Source of the DNA: Spirochaetales bacterium
GTDB taxonomy: Bacteria; Spirochaetota; Spirochaetia; JABEVK01
Direction of reading: 5' to 3'
Assembly: GCA_037142615.1 (NCBI GenBank)
Contig: JBAXAI010000030.1
Span: 1-43,646, forward strand
Length of the DNA: 43,646 bases
This document shows, in pieces, positions 37,936 through 43,646 of this stretch. Within the stretch, counting starts at the first letter, position 1. Every line of letters begins with the position of its first letter. Under the pieces are notes generated by a model. It searched no databases and was not told the DNA's origin. It saw only the letters and a list, made by a program, of their open reading frames with translations. The translations under genes were made by a program, and so were the position numbers.

Positions 37936-38535
37936 CTAGACCCCGAGTTCGGCGCGCTTGGTGACCACGCGGCTGAGCAGACCGTACTTGACCGCTTCGT
38001 CGCCGTTCATCCAGAAGTCGCGGTCGGTATCTTTTTCGACCTGCTTGAGCTTTTGGCCGGTCTCGTCCGCGATGAGTTCGTTGATCTTGACCCGCAGCTT
38101 TTCGATCTCGAGGGCGTGGATTTCGATTTCGGTGGCCACCCCGCGCATGCCCGAGGAGGGCTGGTGGATGAGGTAGTGGCTGTTGGGCAGGCCCAGACGG
38201 CGTTCCTTGGGGGCGGCCAGCAACAACAGCGCTCCCGCCGACGCCACCAGGCCCATACCGATGGTATACACCGGGGCCCCGATGAAGCGGATCATGTCGA
38301 AAATCGCGTAACCGGCATCGGCGTCACCGCCGGGGCTGTCGATCATCAGCTTGATGGGGTCCAGGCTCTCGGCCTCGAGGATGAGCAGGCTGCGGATAAC
38401 CCGCTCGGCCAGCGCCTTGTCGATCTCACCCGAGAGGAGGATCGTGCGGGTTTTCATGAACTTTTCGGAAAAGTCCGGTCCCTGGGGCTTCTTGTCTTCT
38501 TTCTTGTCTTCTTCGTCGTCGGAGTTGGTGAACAT
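37936..38535 (-). CDS. clpP: ATP-dependent Clp protease proteolytic subunit
   Basis: IDSPGG, ASAG (Ser), HQP (His), DRDFWM (Asp); start ATG 38535. Confidence 0.93.
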   Translation of the reverse strand: MFTNSDDEEDKKEDKKPQGPDFSEKFMKTRTILLSGEIDKALAERVIRSLLILEAESLDPIKLMIDSPGGDADAGYAIFDMIRFIGAPVYTIGMGLVASAGALLLLAAPKERRLGLPNSHYLIHQPSSGMRGVATEIEIHALEIEKLRVKINELIADETGQKLKQVEKDTDRDFWMNGDEAVKYGLLSRVVTKRAELGV

Positions 38536-38583
38536 GTTTGCTACAATAACCAAAATCGAAGCCGAAGAAAAGGCAGTGGCGCA

Positions 38584-38839
38584 ACCCTACCGACGTTCCG
38601 AAATCAACAGGTCGCAGGGAGGGCGCGGGGGGCCCCAGCGACGAAGGGTCGGCCTCGCTCCGATGGCTGACGCAATCTCCGCAAGTCCGCCCCTTCTGCG
38701 TCCCTCCCACACCCTCCCAGTAGTCCCTTCCGAACGTCGGTAGGGTCGGTCTCCTGCGGGCTTCGGCTTCGCCTTCGGTTCTTTTCTCTGGGCTCGAGGC
38801 CCAGAGAAAAGGAACTGGCCCGTCGGGCTACCCTTCGTC
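38584..38839. repeat. Large structured intergenic element with nested inverted repeats
   Basis: 15-bp perfect IR at 38584-38598 / 38732-38746; 13-bp IR at 38781-38793 / 38799-38811; 10-bp IR at 38640-38649 / 38830-38839. Confidence 0.7.
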
Positions 38840-38872
38840 CACCTTGCGCGAAAACAGCGCTATATTGCTTGC

Positions 38873-39359
38873 ATGACAAAAAACCGGCCCGGCGCTCATA
38901 GAGCTGTTGCCCTCACTGGGCGTGTACGTCCTCAGCTTCTTCGTCATCGGGTTGTACTGGATGGTGCATCACCGGTACGTTCATCTGCTCAAAGTAGTCA
39001 ATGGAAAGATCCTGTGGGTGAACCTGCTGTGGCTGCTGTTCGTGAGCGTCATCCCCTTCCCGACCTCGCTCGTGGGACAATACCCGCTTCAGGTGTTACC
39101 CATCGTCATCTACGGCACCAACCTGATCTTGGCCAACCTGTCAGGCCTGACGGTGCTGGTGTACGTCCACTTTCACCCGGAACTGCTCCACCAACCCATC
39201 ACGGCCGAGCAGGTGAGGAAGTTACTGCCGCGGTATGTCGTCACCAACGGACTGTACGGGGTGGCGATCGCGCTGGCGTGGTGGGCGCCGGTGGCCAGTT
39301 ATGTCATCTACGTGCTGGTGCTCCTGGGGTTGATCCGACTTCACCTGAGGGACCGCTAG
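38873..39359 (+). pseudogene. TMEM175 (DUF1211) potassium-channel pseudogene, TM1 deleted and frameshifted
   Basis: MTKNR start at 38873 joins out of frame to PALIELLPSLGVYVLSFFVIGLYWMVHH...WVNLLWLLFVSVIPFPT. The FSDGVFAI-type TM1 is absent. Confidence 0.8.
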
Positions 39360-39363
39360 GATC

Positions 39364-40251
39364 CTAACCCCGCGCGGCGGCCTCGAGTTCGGCGATCACG
39401 AGCTTCTTCATCTTCAGGAAGGCCTTGGTGACCCGCTGTGCCTGCGCACCACCGACAACCATCAACTCGCCCAGGCGTCGGGGCACAATCTGCCACGATA
39501 CCCCCCAGCGGTCCTTGAGCCAACCGCAGGCCTCAGCGTAAGGGTCAGCGCTCAGTGCGCTCCAGTAGCGGTCGGTTTCGGCCTGGTCGGCGGTGAGCAC
39601 CATCAAAGAGATCGCCTCGGTGAACGTGAAACGGTGGTCGTGGGCGCTGTCCATGGCGGCGAAATCGACGTCACCCAAACGGAAGCCCACTTGACGAACG
39701 GTCCCGGGCCGGTCGGGCTCTTCGCCGTCGTGATACCTGTCGACCTCGCCCACCAGCGAACCCGAAGACAGCGCGGCCCAGTGTTTCACCGCCTCTTCGG
39801 CGTGCCCGGCTTGGGGACCCACGAACATCAGGGTGGGAGTAATGCGCGGTCGCCCCGCTGCACGGGGATGAACGTCGGAAAGCATCACCTGCCAGTTGAC
39901 CCCGTACCGGTCGGCCACCCAGGCATAGCGCCCGCTGAAGGGGTAAGGGCCCAACGGCATCAGGAAGCTCCCGCCCTCGCCAAGTTCGGCGACGACGCGG
40001 TCAACCTCGGCTGACGTATCGCAGTCGATCCGGAACGAGACGGTCGGCGTGAAGGGGAACTCGGGCCCGGCGGAAAGGAACTGGAACCCGAGGCCGCCCA
40101 GCGTGACCTGGAACAGCTCGACATCACCGGAGGGAGTGTCGCGGATGACCTCGGGGGCCTGAAAGGACGAGCCGGGAATCAGGCGACTGTAGAAGGTGGC
40201 CGCTTCGGCCGCATTGCGGTTGAACCACAGGTGGGGAATGACGGTTTGCAT
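39364..40251 (-). CDS. Two-domain VOC/PhnB-family (3-demethylubiquinone-9 3-methyltransferase-like) protein
   Basis: VIPHLWF..AAEAATFY, DRYGVNWQ, FTFTEAISLMV, CGWLKDRWGVSWQIVP. Confidence 0.9.
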   Translation of the reverse strand: MQTVIPHLWFNRNAAEAATFYSRLIPGSSFQAPEVIRDTPSGDVELFQVTLGGLGFQFLSAGPEFPFTPTVSFRIDCDTSAEVDRVVAELGEGGSFLMPLGPYPFSGRYAWVADRYGVNWQVMLSDVHPRAAGRPRITPTLMFVGPQAGHAEEAVKHWAALSSGSLVGEVDRYHDGEEPDRPGTVRQVGFRLGDVDFAAMDSAHDHRFTFTEAISLMVLTADQAETDRYWSALSADPYAEACGWLKDRWGVSWQIVPRRLGELMVVGGAQAQRVTKAFLKMKKLVIAELEAAARG

Positions 40252-40327
40252 AGTCCAGTTTACACCCGGACGGACCTTGACGTCAGTGCGCTACCGACCT
40301 ATCGTGGGTCTGCCAAGCGAGGTTTGT

Positions 40328-41203
40328 ATGCCTGACCAGTTGTCGCGAGCTGCCGAACGGGTGGCGTTGCTTTCCGTGATTTCGAACACCTGCCTCACTT
40401 TGATGAAGTTCATCGTCGCGTCGATGACCGGCTCGGTGTCAATTTTGTCGGAAGGCCTGCACTCTTCGATGGACCTGGTGGCCTCGGTGATCGCGTTCAT
40501 CGCTGTGCGCATGAGCCGCCGACCGGCCGATGCCGAGCACCCTTGGGGTCACGGAAAAGCCGAAAATGTGTCGGGAGTCGCCGAGGGCGTGCTGATCTTC
40601 GTCGCCGCCGCGCTCATCGTGTCGGAGGCCGTGCAAAAGCTCGTTTCGCCGCACGAGGTCGACTCGCCGCTATTGGGCATGGCTGTCATGGGCGTGTCGG
40701 CCGTGGTGAACACGGTGGTGGCCTTTTTGCTGTTCCGAACCGCCAAGAAGACCGGTTCGCTGGCGCTCGAAGCCGATGCCCTGCACCTCAAGACCGACGT
40801 GTACACCTCGGTGGGCGTTGCCGTCGGGCTGGGTTTGATGACGCTCACGGGCTGGCCCATTCTCGACCCGATCGCGGCGTTGCTGGTGTCGGCCCTCATC
40901 GTCAAAGAGGCCTGGAACCTGGTGAAGCGTTCGTTTGCACCGCTGATGGACGGCACCTTGCCCCCCGGTGAACGCGCCGAAGTCGAAAAGGTCATCGCCG
41001 ACACGTTGGCAGGCAATGCGGGTTACCACAACCTCAAGGCCCGCCGCGCCGGTCACCGCATCTTCGTCGAGTTCCACCTGACGTTGCCGGGCACCGTTTC
41101 GCTCACCGAGGCCCATACCGTCACCGAGCGGGTCGAGGCCGCGCTGACCGCCCGCTGGGAACACGCCGAGGCACTCATTCACATGGAGCCGGAAGGGGTG
41201 TAG
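40328..41203 (+). CDS. Cation diffusion facilitator (FieF-like) transporter
   Basis: SEGLHSSMD, PADAEHPWGHGKAE, ALEADALHLKTD, IHMEP. Confidence 0.92.
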   Translation: MPDQLSRAAERVALLSVISNTCLTLMKFIVASMTGSVSILSEGLHSSMDLVASVIAFIAVRMSRRPADAEHPWGHGKAENVSGVAEGVLIFVAAALIVSEAVQKLVSPHEVDSPLLGMAVMGVSAVVNTVVAFLLFRTAKKTGSLALEADALHLKTDVYTSVGVAVGLGLMTLTGWPILDPIAALLVSALIVKEAWNLVKRSFAPLMDGTLPPGERAEVEKVIADTLAGNAGYHNLKARRAGHRIFVEFHLTLPGTVSLTEAHTVTERVEAALTARWEHAEALIHMEPEGV

Positions 41204-41207
41204 GAGC

Positions 41208-41303
41208 GCCGCTTATGTCGAAGTGCCCGAGCTCGTTAGCTTTCTTGGTGGCCATCACCTTCAGGTACTGGGCCTGCGTCACCTCGGTCGCCCTGAGGCT
41301 GAA
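41208..41303 (-). pseudogene. Collapsed remnant of an FGE-sulfatase (SUMF1) domain gene
   Basis: Minus-strand translation FSLRATEVTQAQYLKVMATKKANELGHFDISG joins the TEVTQ.QY..VM and K.NELG.YDMSGN motifs; no start codon for the fragment. Confidence 0.65.
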
Positions 41304-41304
41304 A

Positions 41305-41655
41305 CTAAGGTGTTCGTCTCGTACCCAAGACCAACTGCATTCCTTCTTCAACCTGAGGAAAGTATCGGCTTTCCAACGTCGAGATCCTGGCGATTAACCG
41401 AGTTTTGTCGATGGCAGAAACTTGGGAGACAACAACGACAGAATCTTTTGAAAGTCCCGTGATTTCCTTTTCCAGGAGCACATTTCCTGGAGCAAGACCT
41501 AAGTCCAGGTTGGTTGAAAAGGGGAGGACGACAATCGTCCGGATCTGACTCCGGTTGAAGTCGTCGTCCTGAACGACCAGAATAGGGCGTCGAAAGCCCG
41601 ACTCACTTCCAAAAGGAAGTCCAAAATCCGCCAGCCAGATTTCACCACGCGTCAT
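41305..41655 (-). CDS. chpK: MazF/PemK-family toxin (ChpK-like)
   Basis: RGEIWLADFGLPFGSESGFRRPILVVQDDDFN, APGNV, LSKDSVVVVSQV.IDK; closely resembles Leptospira ChpK as I recall it. Confidence 0.9.
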   Translation of the reverse strand: MTRGEIWLADFGLPFGSESGFRRPILVVQDDDFNRSQIRTIVVLPFSTNLDLGLAPGNVLLEKEITGLSKDSVVVVSQVSAIDKTRLIARISTLESRYFPQVEEGMQLVLGTRRTP

Positions 41656-41890
41656 CTTTGGTCATCTCTCTCAAGGAATCGAGGCCGGCTCGGGAAATCT
41701 CGTGAGAATCCACCTCCGGAACTTTTGCATAGACCTTGTTCAACCGTTCCGTGATGCCCTCCCGCTTTCGATGATCCAAAAACTCTTCAAGTGCCCGGGA
41801 GAAGAGCTGACTTCGGGGAATCCCCATCGCCTGCGCCACCTTTTCTGCTTCCTCAAAGAGTCGGTCGGGGAGAGAGATCGCTGTCTTCAT
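41642..41890 (-). CDS. chpI: RHH antitoxin (ChpI-like)
   Basis: MKTAISLPDRLFEEAEKVAQAMGIPRSQLFSRALEEF...ITERLNKVY...DAW; overlaps the toxin start. Confidence 0.88.
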   Translation of the reverse strand: MKTAISLPDRLFEEAEKVAQAMGIPRSQLFSRALEEFLDHRKREGITERLNKVYAKVPEVDSHEISRAGLDSLREMTKDDAW

Positions 41891-41896
41891 CAGCCG

Positions 41897-41926
41897 AGTA
41901 TGATTCCGGTATAACCCCCATGTCAA
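41897..41926 (-). promoter_or_regulatory. Promoter of chpIK
   Basis: TTGACA-N18-CATACT with 6 nt to the ATG. Confidence 0.55.
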
Positions 41927-41966
41927 GACTTGGCTCAAGCTTGTCCTTGAGCAGGAGGACTCCTGC

Positions 41967-42413
41967 TTACTCGCTTTGGCTTTCAGCCTGCGGAACTAGC
42001 GCCAACCACTCGTCGGGTTGGTAGACGGGTACCGCAGAGCCTTTCCAATCGTCGGTGTTGCGGGTGATGACGGCGTCGACCCCAGCGGCGACCGCAATCG
42101 AATGCTGCACGGCGTCTTCCAGGTCGCCCCACCCGCTCGCCACGGCCAAGCGCCAAGCTCCAGCATCGGTACCGAGCGGGCGCACTTTGCTGGTAAGGTC
42201 GGCCAGAAACGCCAGCGCCTTGCTATGGCCCGCCGCTTTGCGCAACACGTAGTACGCGTTGACCAGCACCAGGGTCGAGGTTGCCGCCGACACCGTGCCG
42301 GCCTCGATGCGGGCAAACAAGTGCAACGCGACCACTCCGAAGGGTTCCCGGTCGAGCCCGAGGTCGAGGATGACATCGGTGTCGAGGAACACCTCTGGTT
42401 GGAGCAGGCTCAT
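41967..42413 (-). CDS. PIN-domain (VapC-like) toxin
   Basis: VFLDTDVILD, DLEDAVQ, ITRNTDD acidic PIN residues; ATGA overlap with the antitoxin. Confidence 0.9.
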   Translation of the reverse strand: MSLLQPEVFLDTDVILDLGLDREPFGVVALHLFARIEAGTVSAATSTLVLVNAYYVLRKAAGHSKALAFLADLTSKVRPLGTDAGAWRLAVASGWGDLEDAVQHSIAVAAGVDAVITRNTDDWKGSAVPVYQPDEWLALVPQAESQSE

Positions 42414-42661
42414 GCGTGCTTTTCGGCCAGCGCGTCGGCGATGAGGGAATCGGTGTCGTCGGCCAGCGGCACCAACGGCCTGCAAGCCCCGTGCAGCCGA
42501 GAAGCCCAAACGGGCGCGTCGGCGGGGACCTGCCGCGCGTGCGTGAGGTGCACCAGATAATCCTCGACAAGCGCCGAAACGCTCTTCTTGCGGCCCCGGG
42601 CCCAGACCTTGGCCAGGTCGATGACGGCGGAGTCAACGCTGAGGGTCAGTTTGGTGGTCAT
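42410..42661 (-). CDS. DUF6364-family RHH antitoxin
   Basis: MTTKLTLSVDSAVIDLAK.WA..RKKSVSALVEDYL...LAEKH; GGAGG RBS. Confidence 0.85.
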   Translation of the reverse strand: MTTKLTLSVDSAVIDLAKVWARGRKKSVSALVEDYLVHLTHARQVPADAPVWASRLHGACRPLVPLADDTDSLIADALAEKHA

Positions 42662-42669
42662 GAAAACCT

Positions 42670-42701
42670 CCTACGTATCATTCAGAGTAATGATACGTAG
42701 G
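42670..42701. promoter_or_regulatory. Palindromic TA operator
   Basis: Perfect 13-bp IR CCTACGTATCATT-N6-AATGATACGTAGG directly upstream of the antitoxin. Confidence 0.75.
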
Positions 42702-42784
42702 CTCTTGGAAAATGGCAAGCCCGAATCGTCAGGTTCTGTTGCCGAGGGCCGAAAACCCCGTTACTTTTGGCGCAAGGAGATTCC

Positions 42785-43159
42785 ATGGTCACCCTTCATC
42801 AAATCATGCTTTACGCTGTGGATCAGGAGAAGATCGCCCGGTTCTGGATCGACAACCTCGGCTTCCAGGAAGTTGGCCGGCAGAACTACGGCGACACCTT
42901 CGCCATCGAGCTGGCCGACGGGTCAGGAACCACGACGAAGCTAGTGCTGCAAAACAAGGTGGCCGTTGCAGCCCGCCAACCCGAGCTGACGCTGGCAACC
43001 CCGTCTATCCTGCTGCAGGGGACAGACCTACCTGCCCTTCATGCCCGCCTCAAGGCCGCAGGTGGCTTCGTGGGCGACCTGGTCACCTTCCCGGGATGCA
43101 AGCAGGTGTTCAATTTCGCCGACCCAGAAAGCAACTACTTCGCCATCATCGAAGCGTAA
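42785..43159 (+). CDS. VOC/glyoxalase-family protein
   Basis: QIMLYAVDQEKIARFWIDNLGF, TPSILL, FNFADPESNYFAI; AAGGAG RBS. Confidence 0.88.
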   Translation: MVTLHQIMLYAVDQEKIARFWIDNLGFQEVGRQNYGDTFAIELADGSGTTTKLVLQNKVAVAARQPELTLATPSILLQGTDLPALHARLKAAGGFVGDLVTFPGCKQVFNFADPESNYFAIIEA

Positions 43160-43174
43160 AGTGTCAGCGTGAGG

Positions 43175-43199
43175 GCAGGACGTCCGGTGGACGTCCTGC
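43175..43199 (+). terminator. GC hairpin after the VOC gene (terminator-like, or remnant of a repeat unit)
   Basis: GCAGGACGTCC-ggt-GGACGTCCTGC; no U tract. Confidence 0.35.
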
Positions 43200-43216
43200 A
43201 ACAGGACCTGGGCCCT

Positions 43217-43646
43217 GCCCAAAAACTGTCTGCGATGTAACACGCTGCCAACCAAGCTGACCGTGGCCACTCCCGCGTGAGGTGGACGTAGGGCGGCGTG
43301 CGACAGCCCGCCGGTTCTTGGCCACGTCGCTGGCGCTCCTTAGGCCCACAGTTTCCGGGCCCTGCCCGAAAACTGTCCGCGGGTTCACCGCTACGACACC
43401 AGCTGAACGTGGCCGCGTGAGGTGGACGTAGGGCGGCGTGCGACAGCCCGCCGGTTCTTGGCCACGTCGCTGGCGCTCCTTAGGCCCACAGTTTCCGGGC
43501 ATCGCCCGAAAACTGTTTGCGGGCTTGCCGTTGCGACACCAGCTGAACAGGGTTGCGTGAGGTGGACGTAGGGTGCCGGGCAAGCCCGGCAGTTCTTGGC
43601 CACGTCGCTGGCGCTCCTTAGGCCCACAGTTTCCGGGCCCTGCCCG
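43217..43646. repeat. Tandem array of ~140-bp hairpin units with 13-bp terminal inverted repeats
   Basis: Units at 43217-43360, 43364-43500, 43504-43638 and a fourth starting at 43642. Each is bounded by GCCCRAAAACTGT ... ACAGTTTCCGGGC, with 3-nt spacers. Confidence 0.9.

Noticed and set aside
12695-38670. Long antisense ORFs (e.g. 14298-15488, 27216-28289, 32952-34073, 34107-35333, 36343-37587)
   Set aside because: Typical high-GC mirror frames opposite well-supported genes.
38873-39367. 164-aa ORF starting MTKNR
   Set aside because: Only the first five codons look genuine; the rest is the out-of-frame read of the TMEM175 pseudogene.
41208-41303. DGR template repeat
   Set aside because: No reverse transcriptase or matching variable repeat in the window, and the fragment is not the C-terminal variable region.
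43164-43627. Repetitive minus-strand ORFs and a possible CRISPR array
   Set aside because: The ORFs derive from the DNA repeat. Units are ~140 bp without unique spacers, and no cas genes are visible.
38584-43646. Integron cassette array hypothesis for the accessory zone
   Set aside because: Genes lie in mixed orientations, no attC-like site follows each gene, and there is no integrase in the window.

Overview
GC-rich bacterial DNA, most likely from a spirochaete: the ompA, dksA, infA, batD/C/B/A, DUF58, moxR order matches the Borrelia BB0167-BB0176 block, and there is a Leptospira-type chpIK module. Three zones. (1) 1-10.2 kb: a type 1-like BREX phage-defence operon on the minus strand (brxA-like, brxB, brxC, and a pglX that the ORF track missed because it runs off the left edge). 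Between brxC and pglX sits a lower-GC insert with a hicAB toxin-antitoxin pair and a 427-aa coiled-coil/2-TM protein of unknown function. (2) 10.5-38.5 kb: core genes (THUMP RNA methyltransferase, trmL, rel, an LpoB/COG3014/LPP20 lipoprotein trio, pseudouridine synthase, OmpA, dksA, infA, Smr, Bat/MoxR operon, argJ, purC, clpP), plus a tandem 120-bp hairpin element. (3) 38.6-43.6 kb: an accessory zone with a large structured intergenic element, an internally deleted TMEM175 K+ channel pseudogene, a collapsed FGE-sulfatase remnant, VOC and CDF genes, two adjacent TA modules, and a tandem array of ~140-bp hairpin units that runs off the right edge. All calls come from motif recognition by eye; no database searches were run.
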